From NCBI GenBank assembly GCA_051362555.1, contig CM120649.1, forward strand, positions 13,454,001 to 13,518,000: 64,000 bases of DNA. The letters are read 5' to 3'. Position numbers and translations under genes: made by a program. Positions 25,201-38,289 of the stretch are shown here, piece after piece. The first letter of the stretch is position 1; every line of letters begins with the position of its first letter. This stretch comes from Lingula anatina. Its lineage: Eukaryota > Animalia > Brachiopoda. A model generated the notes under the pieces. That model saw only the letters and a program-made list of their open reading frames with translations, made no database searches and had not been told where the DNA came from.

Positions 25201-28200
25201 TTTATTGATCAAAAATAAGTTATTTAAGTTTTGTCTTTGATTTGATCTGGCAGTTACCTATCTGTAAATCACGATTTGTCCCTTAGGTACAACAGACATA
25301 TGTGATCTGCCCACAATTCCAACGGAGAACCACGTGACAGCAAATATTTCCGGTAAATATATCGGAGACACCATCCTGTATGAATGTGAACCTGGTTACG
25401 GTATTTCGGATGGTCTTAACAGAGCCTCTGTACTCGTAGAATGTATCGGAGCCAATGATACACGGGGACTGACGACAATACCGCCATCTAACGGAAGTTT
25501 GTCCAATGGCGGCGCTGTTTGGGAAATGGACCCTCCTGTGTGCAAAGGTAAAATTGTTATATTTCAAAGCTAAATGTATTAAATTAATGTTCAAAATAAC
25601 AGTTTTTGAAAAAAAAAAAATAATCAAGTAGCTCGCAAACGAATGCAGAATACATCAATGCATGTTTTTATTAGCTCATTTTGGGGAACCATAACTGGTT
25701 ACATGAGCGTTCTTTAGTGTTCCTCATAAATTCATATTGCTTAAATATTACTAGTGGAAAATGTTTAAGATGAAAGAAACTTCAAACTTTTTGAAGGACT
25801 TTCGTTTTATTTTGTCGTATTACGTGTATCTAAAATTAGCTTTACCGTGTCCGGATTTGATCATCGACCCGAACGGAAACTACAACTGCACGGGCGTCAA
25901 TGGAACTATAGGAGATTCTGTCACGTGCAGCTGTTACCCTGGTTATACGTACGCTGACAGCAGTAACATCCGGGACTTGAACTGTACCTTGGTAACTGGA
26001 AGACCAGTGTGGTCCAACCAACTGGCATCATGCGGAAGTAAGTGTTTCAAGAAGTGAAATACTCGTACATGTAGTTTATGGTAATACAACTTTCTCATCG
26101 ACAAAGATGTACACTAGTACGAGAGATGTCTACCAGAAACACATAGATGTTGTAATTTTCCATTTTTGCTCACTTTTTCCGCTCTTCTTTAATTTTGTTC
26201 TTTTGCGTACATTCTGCCTCAATTTCTTATTATATCCCTTACTTTGTACTTTCCTTGTTATGATACCTATGAAGGGCATAAGAACTAGACTCTATTTTCT
26301 CGTTTAACCTCCGAATGCAATTTTGCCTATGAATTGACCTGCAGGTACTACAGAAATATGCGCTTCGCCCACGATTCCAACAGAAAACCACGTAACCGGA
26401 AACGTTTCAGGCGCACTTGTTGGGGAAGTTATCCTTTACGTGTGTGATCCTGGGTACGCAGTTCAAACCGGAAACTCAGCCTTGACCTCAATACCCGTTG
26501 AGTGTGTAGAGGGTAACTATACCGAGGAACAAGAGTCAAATGCGACGTCTCACGGAATAATGGCCAATGGCAGTGCTGTTTGGGAAACAGATCCTCCTGT
26601 TTGCACAGGTCAGTAACAAAAGTTTTCTTGAGATGTGGGAATGTGGTTGGTTCACGTTCGAACTTGAATATATATGTATAGAGAGAAAAACATAATCTCA
26701 AGGAAATTTATCCAGAAACTAATTAGCAAAAGTAGCGATCAAAATAACTAGCAAAAGACTGAGTAATAACCAGCTGATCAACCAACACACAAGCATACAA
26801 ACAAACAAAATAAAAAGAAACTTATTTTTTCTTGTATTTCCTGTAAGAACATTTACATCAATTTCCATATTTCCTCCGGAAAACAGCCATTTGCTTTGGT
26901 TACCTTCTAGCACAATATACGGTACATATATGGGTAATAAGATGTGCCAGTACATTGTATATTGCACATTTTAAAAGTAATGAAATGGTTTGAAAAATTA
27001 TGTTTTGTGTCATTACTTCCACCAATATGGTTTTATGAATCCTCAAATCAATGTTATTGTAGACGTGTTGACCATTTTAACATTTGAACTTCAGCGTTAC
27101 CGTGCCCGGCTTTGAACATCGACCCCGCTGGAAACTACAATTGCACAGGCACCAACGGTGCGGTTGGAGATCAGGCCACGTGCACCTGTTACCCAGGTTA
27201 TGCATTCAATGACAGCAGTAACATCCGGGTATTGAATTGTACCTGGACGATTGATGGTCTTGGTTGGTCCAACCAAACGATGTTATGTGAACGTAAGTAT
27301 TTGAAAGAGATACATGTGTGTATTTATGTAATAGTAGTACTTGTTTTCTTAATTTTTTAAATTATTTTATCATATTTTCAGTCTGTTCCGTTTGTATATT
27401 TCCATTCCTCATTTTCTGTATTTCTTATTCCTTGTTTTCTGTCTCTATACGTTCTTTTGTTTTTCATTGGTTCAACGTCTCTAACCGCTAATTTTCTTTG
27501 TCTGATTCCCCACTTTCTCTTCTAAATCTCGTAGGCTGAAGTTGTCTTTTACTTTACAGGTAAAATTGTTTTCTTTTTATCTTTAATTTTGTATTAAGTT
27601 ATATATTATTTTATTAACTCTAATTATTTAGTTATTATTATCAATTTAATGTTTAATTTAAATATTTTATTTAGTAAACTCTGTAATTTATATAAAAATA
27701 AAAGACTTTCTCTTCTAAATCTCGTAGGATGAAGTTGTCTTTTACTTTACAGTAATAAAAACTGTTACATTTATACTTAAGTTTACTGGGTACCATGTAC
27801 CGATATTGGAACAAACAAGAAAACACATGACCTCCTTATGTACTACGTGTTTATAAATCTTCTGGTATTTTCTGCTGAAAAATTTATTTGCTTAGGCTGG
27901 TTTCGTTTAATGTTATCGAATTTGCCTCATTTGTTCTCTACATATCTTCGCTTTTCTATTTTGTTCTTTATGTTTGTGTCTAATAACGTTTTTATATTTA
28001 TCTTTGGCTCTGGGCCCTGATTACATTCAGATTCTTCCTATTTTCCTTTTTGCCCTTTTACGATTGACCATTACATTTTCATTCTTATTTCCATATCATT
28101 TTTCTTATCCCTCTTGAAAGATTTTGCTAACCCCCGCCCTATTTCCCATTTCGACTTCTTTCTCATTTGTTTGTCCATTGCACATTTTTCCATTTTGTCA

Positions 28201-31200
28201 ACATTCCAGCCCAGCCCTGCTCGAATATCTCTACTGCTATAACCCCCGCTCACCATGTATTCTATGAGGACTCCGGCCCTGTGACTGTAGGACAAAACAT
28301 CACCGTGAGATGTGAAGGTGGTTATGCACTGAGCGCTGAAAACCACACAGATACCGTTCAAACTCTCGAGTGCAGTGCCAGCGGGCCTTCGTCCGCTACC
28401 TGGACCAGTGGAATAACGCCTTGTATAGGTGAGTGGTTAAGGGGACCAAGGGAACGGAACCGTATCGATGTTGAGCTTTATGTAATTGTTGTTTCATTTT
28501 CTTATGAAAATGAACATTGTTTACGGGCAACTTGACATGTTTCGGATACCTGTCGCGGCATAAAATATTTTAGATTTGATACAATTCTGTATACATGTTA
28601 TTATACTAGTAGGTGCATTATAGTATATTGCACATTGTATATTGCACATTTTGAAGGTAATGAAATGGTTTGAAAATTATGTTTTTTTGTCATTATTTCT
28701 ACTAATATGGTGTTATGAATTGTCGAATCAATGTTATTGTAGACGCGTTGAACTCTTCAACATTTGAACTTCAGCGTTACCGTGCCCGGCTTTGACCATC
28801 GACCCCGTTGGAAAATACAATTGCACAGGCACCAACGGTGCGGTTGGAGATCAGGCCACGTGCACCTGTTACCCTGGCTACGCATTCAATGACCGCAGTA
28901 ACATCCGGGTATTGAATTGCACCTGGATGACTGATGGTCTTGGTTGGTCCAACCAGACGATATTATGTGAACGTAAGTATTTGAAAGAGATACATGTATG
29001 TATTTATTCCTAAGTTTACTGGGTTCCATGTACCGATATTGGAACAAACAAGAAATTACCTTTGCTTCTTTTTTAAATTTTTGGTTGTGGCTAATTACTT
29101 TTTTTAATATTCATCTTTTCCACAGGGCATGCTCACCTTCTTCCTCTTCTCCTTTTTGACTTTTTGTGATTGCATGGCCATAATATGTTCATTCCAATTG
29201 CCATATTGTTTTTTCTAAGACATCGTGGTAGTTGATGCTAACCCTCGCCCCCTCTCATCTTTCGACATCTTCCTCATTTGATAGCTTATTACACATTTAT
29301 CCATTTTGTCAACATTCCAGCCCAGCCCTGCCCGAACATCTCCACAGTCATAACTCCCGATCACCATGTAACCTTTGAGGACTTCGGTCTGGTGACTGTA
29401 GGACAAAACATCACCGTGAGATGTGAAGGTGGCTATGCACTGAGCGCTGAGCACACAGATACCGTTCAAACTCTCGAGTGTGGTGCCAACGGGCCTTCGT
29501 CCGCTACTTGGACCAGTGGAATAACGCCTTGTATAGGTGAGTGGTTAATGGGATCATCGAAACGGAACCGCACCATTGTTGAGCTATATCTAATTGCATT
29601 TTCTTATGAAAATGAACGTTGTTTTCGGGAAACTTACCATGTTTCGGATACCTGTCGCGGCATAACATATTTTAGATTTGATACAATTCTGTATATATGT
29701 TATTATACTTGTAGGTGCATTATAGACCTTCTGGCATCGTAATTATAATAAACGGACACCACTTCATTCAGAGCGAATAATAGAACATAAACTTAATTGA
29801 AAAATAGCCTTTCAAGTATTATTCCAAAACACGTATACCTTTGCGAGATTTCATAAAATGACTTTCATATAACGAGTATTATTGGTTCTTGACTGCTGTG
29901 CCCGTTCTAGCTCTTCCCTGCCCGTCAATTGAACTAACATCAGCGAACCATTTGGTGATGGCCAACCATTCAGGCTTTCTGGGGGACAGAATAACGTTTG
30001 AGTGCGAGGCCAATTACAAGTTACCAGGATTTGTGACTACCCTGGAAGTAAACTGCATTTGGGACGGTTTGTCCACCGGTTGGTCTCAGTCTGTACCGAC
30101 GTGTATGGGTAGGTGAAGGATCCATAAAACACTTGTTTCTGGAACTGAAATATGTTTTTTTTATTTTCCAACATCTTTATTCTAAAAAGATTTTATACAA
30201 AGTATAGCATGTAATGAAAGGTGGCAAATCGCCGAAGCGCTATGGGCTCACCTTAAGATAATAGTATGAATGATAATAGTAACAACAGTCATAATGTTAA
30301 TGATAAAATTAATAACATTGATAATAAAAAGTGATTATTTTTATTACAGTAGAATAATATAAACTAAATAGTGGTGTTTTGTAACAAGCACCGCAATACA
30401 CGTGTATCCACGAGCAAGGATCGGTGTCAGATGGTTTAAAGATTAACGCAGCAACTATCAAAGACAATGCTATCACAAGTCAAATCATTGTTTTGATGTG
30501 TGATTCGATCTGCAAAGAAATTTTATGGGTCATGTTAATGTGTGTTTCCAGCCATTTGTGCTCCACCCATAGTTCCACCAGAAAACCACGTGACCGGAAA
30601 CATGTCACGCGCAATTGTCGGTGACATTATACTATATGAGTGTGATCCTGGATACGCTGTTCCAACTGGTGACGTTTACGTGACCTTTGTGCCTGTGGAG
30701 TGTGTCAATATAAGCTCTACGTCTTACGGAACTTCTTACGGAAATCACAGAACTTCTTCTAGTGGTGGTGCTGTTTGGGCAACCGACCCTCCCATGTGTG
30801 TAGGTTAGAAATTTCTAAATACGATTTAATGGGATTGAATCAGTAGGCATTAAGCGGTTTATATCATTACGTAAATAAAAGTGCAGAAAAATGATGAAAA
30901 ACAAAGATTATATAAGGCTGAAAATATGAACTGAATTCTATGTATTACCAATATTGTATTTTGCACCCATCTCCGTGTTTTATGACAATTGTCATACAGG
31001 TTTACCGTGTCCTCCAATCACCACTTCGGATTGGAACCACGCCCATGTGAGCGGCAACTTGAATACGTCAAGGGTTGGAGATCAAGTAGACGTCTCTTGT
31101 GAGGCTGGGTACAGTCTGGATGACGGTGTCACCACCAACTACTCCATAGCATGTGTCTTTGATAATGCAACAGCTGGGGAGTGGGATCAGCCACTGGCTA

Positions 31201-31214
31201 ACTGCACTCGTAAG

Positions 31215-31253
<39 letters not shown>

Positions 31254-34200
31254 TGCTGTTCGAAAACACCAGAATAAATTTATTTTGCTGTTTGATGTAA
31301 GACAGAGTTATAAATTTAAGATGCAAACGGTTTTGAATTTCAGCCGAGTAATATTCAAGTTAACCACCCATTAAAATATTTCATATTTAATATGTATTAA
31401 TATTCATATTTATTTAAAATATTTCATATTCCAGCCATGCCGTGCCCTTCGATATTACACTTGAAAAAAGATGGCGTAGAATTCAGCAACTCTAATGCCA
31501 GGTACGGCGACGCCATCAACTTCACGTGTGCCCCTGGTTACGTGCATGAGGATCCCGCTGTAACCTCAGTGGCGGTCGGATGCATCTTACAAAACGGAAG
31601 CAGCTCACCGACGTGGGAGATGGACCCCCCGCCTTGTTACGGTAATTATTCAGCATATTTTAATGTGATTCGATATGAAATAACCATAAATACCCTGTGG
31701 ACAAAGCGCATTCAAGATGATATTATAGTACAAGAAAGTCAGCTCCGTAGGCTGCACCACCCCTCAAAAAAAAAAAAAAAAAAGATTCTTAGGGGATTTC
31801 TTTGGCATTCCATTTCGACCCACATAAAACATGGTTTACGTATTTATGTACTTGAAAATTGGATTGAGGCGTGTCCATTGGTTTTCATTTATGACCTTGT
31901 CATCCCAGTTTAATTATATCGTTAGTATCCGTTTTACAGGATTACCTTGTCCAAATATGGCAATCCCAGATGACGTCAGACTGGCAGTGACATCAAACGT
32001 TGCTTTAAACGTCACAAACGGGTCATGGTGGATAACTGATGGTCGAGTGGGGGCCACATATACATTTAATTGTGCTGACGACAACGTTTTCCCAGATGGT
32101 TCCTCGGAATACGCTGTGACCTGTGTATGGAAGGGAAATGGAACTGGATGGAATAGAGACGTCCCTTCTTGTAGAGGTAAGTCAACAGAAATTAAATTAG
32201 CGCCATTCCTTTTAGACAATGGATCAGTATTTGCTATACTTAAAACATTATGCAACACAGGTTTGTTTTTCAGTAATTAAACAGCAAAGTGAAGAAATAT
32301 TTCATTCCAACTTGAAGTGTAAAAATGTGATAATTGATTATCACAAGCCAAGGTTTAACAAGACATCAGGTAGTCATGTCTGACGGCTCAAAATATTTTA
32401 TAATTATTTTGAACTTAAATTACGAAAAAACTACCTCTGAAAGTTGTGGACCCCTATACTGAGAAGTAAAAGTACCACCTATGCTTACTATAACACACCA
32501 AACTATATTTAGAAGTCGTGGGCCTCTGTGCATTGTTAGGCTTCCTTTCTTTATGGGGTGCATTTGGATTCTTTGCATAGCTCACTTTACACTTAATCGT
32601 GTCTTAAGAGACTTAAAATACACGGCGTATTTTTATTTGCTAGTCCTTATTTATTTAACATTTAATTCGTGCCGTTTATATCATCCATGAATATTTCAGA
32701 GAGAACGCTGACAGACGCACTGGTCATCTCCGCTTTAACAAGTCCTTCTGCCATTGAGGGCGCAGTAAATAGAACACTTGGTTCTCTATCTTTGGTGGGT
32801 ATTACAAAGAGTATAACTCTCACGTGAAGGGGCCTCCGTCAGCATGTATCACTCTGCTCCACGTAACTTGATTATTTACGCATCGTATATGCAATTTAAC
32901 ATTCAAAATTTAGTTGTAATATATTTTCTCTTGGGACGGTGATGCATCACCTGTTTTATATTCAGTTTTACTGTTGTCGTCACTGAACTGTTAAAGAGCA
33001 GCCGAACAAAACGGCTTGATTTACACTCAAAAACGTGTAAAGATCATAGTGTCTACTTATACAGATGAAATCGGATAGTCGGCTGCGTTAAGTCGACTTT
33101 TTGATATTGGTCTAAAAACGAATAACCCACAGTGTGTGTGTTCCGTCAAAAACCACTGCAATTTGTTGCCGTACCAATCAATACTTGTACCAAGAGGCAC
33201 CTACTGATACCTGTTACATGTTCACTGGTTATATTTACTAATTTACCCAGGGCATGTTTCATCTTTCAGGATTCATCAAACCAAACTTTGGACACTAAAC
33301 AACTGTCAGAGGTAAGCAGTCAGTTATGACAACAACAATTATTGGTTGTTACCTCGAATATAAAATTGGTTTGTTTACTAAAGGGCTGTACGTCACATTG
33401 TATTAACTCTATATTTACTTAACATTGAATACAGATTGTTGCCTTGATACACCCGCTTCGTACTATGTGCTTAATCAACGCTTTATTAATACAGCCTTGG
33501 TTAAAAACGCATTGTCTCGGCTAAGGGCTTAAAATTTAATTTTAATAAAAAGGCAGTGCTTGAAATGTTGGTTAATTGACAAGTATCTGTGTGTATGCAA
33601 TCACCATTGCCTGTGGTTGTTACAGCACAGTATGTGCATGTGTGTATTCTTTAAGTTTACCAACGTTATTTTTATCGATTCATTGCTATCACATACCTTA
33701 CCTTGAATGATGTTCCAGTTACGTGACGTCCTGATGACCAGCCTGTCTAATGTACTGGACACTGTCAGTGACGAGGCTGGACTGGTCAGTTTGGCCAACA
33801 TGATGTCCACAGTGACCAACACTGGGAGTGACCAGCTCAGTGAGAGAGCCATGGTAAAAAAAGATAAATGGATAGATAGGTTAACAAATTAAATAAATTA
33901 ATAGTTACACGGATACGGATATATGTTTTAATAAGCGAGCTAAATTATAATTGATTCATGTCATTTTTGTATAAATCTACTTTTTAATTAGACAAGCGCA
34001 CGAATTAATACCATATTTTCCATAATTGTGTACTAAAATAAGTTAAAGAATGCTGTACATTCAAAACACAATCAGATTTTTAAGGAATGAATAAGCACAT
34101 TAATGTACTTTTTGAGCGAAAATATACATCGCAATATGATTAAAATATTCTATTCCTACTGACATTCACCACTGTCACAGCACTTAAATGATTTACAGCC

Positions 34201-37200
34201 ATTGATTTACTTGTTTTCAGGACCAAGCAGTCATTATGTCAAGTGCGTTATTGCAAAAAGTGACGTCAGCAAACTATTCAACTACCGCCGTGACGTCACT
34301 GTTGACTTGTAAGTTTGTGTATGCGTGTGTGCTTGCTTTGTGTCCATCATGGTTATAATGATTTAACAATGTCACTTATTTATCACATAAATTGCACTTG
34401 ACCTGGCTTGATTTCGTTGGACATTTTTTCTTTCATAACTGCAGCTGTTGCCGCAACTCTGGGAAATATCTTAGACATTGGTCTCTCAGTAACTGATTCT
34501 GCAGTCAATGGAACGACATTGGTAAGAAACGATATTTATACAAAGCTGCATTAAGTAAAATATTGCAATATTTGTGCACATGATGTAACGTGTACTAGTT
34601 TTGACCAAAATTGTAAATACTAAATTTGTGTCAAACCATCTCAATATCTTACATATTTTATTTTATTCGGTATAAATAAACACCCAAACCATTGAATGAA
34701 GTGGATTGTAGAAAGAATGTATATCAGTGGATTGCAGTAACTGGCAATAACGATGTTAATGAAGGCACAATTTTAATTTTACATTTTCATTAACCTGTAA
34801 ATCGGAAAGGTATGTAGCGTTATATAGAAAAATAATATTATGATTTGCTTGTTCAACAGACGGCGTCTTTCAATGACTGTATTTGTTCTGCACAACTAAT
34901 GCTTTTGAAGACCAGTCCCAAAATGTCGCTTTGGACAGTTATCCATATTCATATCCAAAGCTACCATTCCATTTGCTTTATTTTCTTATTCATTTACACA
35001 ATTTTAGCATATGCTACTGGGTTCATTCCAGGCCCGGGTAGAAAAAATAGTGGAACTCATAAACTCAGTAGTTGACCTGATGGTATCTGTGTTGGCCAAA
35101 TCTTCAGAGACGGATCAAATTGCCATTGAAACTCCGTCCATTTCCATGGCAGTCCAGAAGTTGCAACCAGGCACAGTTTCCAATCTTAACTTAAGTACCT
35201 CATCGACTACGTTGGGGATAAATGGAGTTTTGGAGCTTGACGAAGTAACGTTTGCTAAGGTGCGTATATTGCGCGTTAAGAAAGCATTTTTTTATTTAGT
35301 TGGATGATCATCATCTTAAGGGTGATACGATGTAGCTCTGCATCCTGAATGCACTCCTCGGTCTGTCTTGTCAAGCTACAGACATTAATTGGTCGAGGAT
35401 TAAGTGAACTTGTTGCTACATTTTAGGTGATTGCGTACAAAATAAACCCTTACAAGTACAGTGAAGGCGGAGAAAATATCACGTCTTACGTCACAAACGT
35501 TAACATGGCGTCGGAGAACGGAAGCGCTGTGAATCTTGGGAACGCCCATGTGACTTTTGAGATACCCGTTGCACTAAGATTTCACGTGATAGAAGCGGAT
35601 ATAGGAAATGTCACAATGCAAAGGGGAATTTCTCAAACATTTAATATATCTGACAATTCTCAGAACTTGCTTCTTGTCTCCCAAACGCCTCCTAACCGGA
35701 AGTTGTATTTCTACGGAAAGCGCGACGGGTTTGCTTACACTGACTCTTATGATTTCGTGATAGAGGTGGACAGAACGAAAGCAAACGTAAGTGTAACATA
35801 TATATTGTGTCAAATGTAAATGGTGCAAATTCACGCTTAAATCATTTTGTTAATTTTATTGTTGATTTAATCAAATTTATAAGTGGTGTGCTCGAGATTA
35901 TGGCACACCCGTAATGTTAACTTTGCGTACAGTAAATTATAGTCGAACTTTCGGAACTTGAAAGGTAAACTAGATAAAATGCAGAATAAATTGTCGAATA
36001 ATATTCATAACGTAAAAACGGATTTGGAAATGAATACTGGAAACAATAATGTATAACAAAGATGTTTTTTATGTTATGTACAAATGTTTGACCAAAGCGA
36101 CATAGCCCCGCCATAAGAATAATATCAAATACACTATGACCAAATTTATTTTCAGCCAACAGAGAGATACGTGTACTCAACACCTGTTTATTCCAACGAG
36201 CCGACTGTAAATAGCATCATGGTAGTTAATGTAAGTGACGGAACCTAGGATAATACATGAATATGCTTTATTTAAAAAGACAAAGGCACAAACTTGTCAT
36301 TCAATTTGAGTGAAAATGCAGGATAGCTTGGTTGCTTATAAATCGTCTTTCAAAGAAAAGAGGAAGGGTATTTGGAAATACATTGACATTAGATTCTTTT
36401 CGAGCTGTTGATATTTGATATATCCTACTGTTATTTAATATAATACTACAGGGTACCATTCCGTATTCCAGATTTCCATGGATAGCAACGGAGAGTTGTC
36501 AATATACGTACCTTCCGGAAGACTTCATGGGACATCTTTCTTCAATCTACTCATTCTTGCTGATGAGAATGATTTATGTACGTTAAAAGATAAAACGAAT
36601 TATAACATTATGTGGCTTGTATAAAGCACTACATCAATAACAAGAAATAACATGGTCTAAAACATGGTATTTTGTTGACTGCAAGGCTTTAACTTGTTTA
36701 AAGTACCAACCTTTCAAGTATAAGCAGATTTGATCTGTTAGAACAAGTTAAGTAGCTTGGAACCATTCTCGAAACATGCAAGATCACCTGATAAACTGCT
36801 TTGCGGAAGAGCCATTTAATATCATTTTTTATTGTACAGTTTTATATTTTTAAAATTCATTACAGGCACCAATACCAGCGGTTGTTACCAAAACCTTACC
36901 ATTAAATGTATGGTGATTAGTCCCCAATATTATAGTGAAGGGACAAAATCGTGGAACACTTCTGTCGGACTACAGGTGTGGTTGACATATTCCAATTATT
37001 TAAATATTTGTTTATACGATGAACACATGGTAAAAAGTGAACACGAAAGTCGAATTCACTTTTTACATTTTTTTTTTTTTTTTGTAAATTTAACTTTTCG
37101 TGTCTCAAGGTCAGGTGAAACATATGGAGCCGCCAATCATTGCTTTTATTTCTATAATTCCATATCGTAACCCATGTTTCTAATTTGTTAATAATCAATA

Positions 37201-38230
37201 AGAATGTGTCATTTTTGAATGATTTTTGTTTCGCTCCAGACAAGCAGTGTTACCACAAACGGAAAAATGACATTCAAGAGCAACTTTTTCGGATCATTTG
37301 CCGCTGGACTTTTTATTCCGCCAAACACAATCGACTTCGACAAGGTTTTCGCCAGTTTCTCTGCACTCTTAGCTCAAAGCCCGCACGTTCTCATCGTTAT
37401 GTGTTCTCTGTTTGTGCTGTATTTTCTATTTCTTATATGGGCGAGGAGAAAAGATAATCAGGATGATGAGAAGGTAAAGTCTGTTGTGAACTTCCCTTCC
37501 GTTTTTTATTTAATGAGGATCACTTAAAAGTATTTTTCTGTCACACGTCCAATTCTAAATAAAAGGTATGCACTATCAAAAGAGAATTTGTCGTTATAGT
37601 TGCTCACTCAAAATCGGGATCAAATGAATTTAGTAATTTTTCAGTTGCATTGCGAGCTTTAAATTTTGCTTGTGTGTCACTTAAATAAAAAACTAACAAC
37701 CCATTCATCGCTGTACATTGCAGTGGGAGTACACTCACCTAATAGAAAATGACCGCTACGACAGAGGCAAGTATTTACTAAGTGTGTACACTGGTGTGAA
37801 GTCCCCGGCGAAGACGACCGCCAAGCTGTTTGTAGTGCTGTATGGCAAAAACGGCCAGACCCAGCCTAAGGTTCTGATGGACGGACGCCGGGAGGTAGGG
37901 GGTGGAATATGATTGACCATTCATGAGATGATTTTTAAGCAATATAATTATCTTTTAGTGTCGGTATTTTCAAAACCATGGCTTTTGCAAAGTTACTTGT
38001 CTTGACATTTATAAACCTATTGACTTGGGGTGAGGTCACGTCTTGGCCTAGCATCGACCCGAAACTGGGATAATTGACCGACGCCCATCTCAATTATCAT
38101 CATTAATCATTTATTATCTGATTGATATGTTAATCAATAAATTATTACGGATAATAAGAATTGGGTTAATTTATTAATTAGTAGATCAGTGACGGTTATC
38201 AGTGAGGAGAATTGAGGTAATTAAACAGTA

Positions 38231-38289
<59 letters not shown>

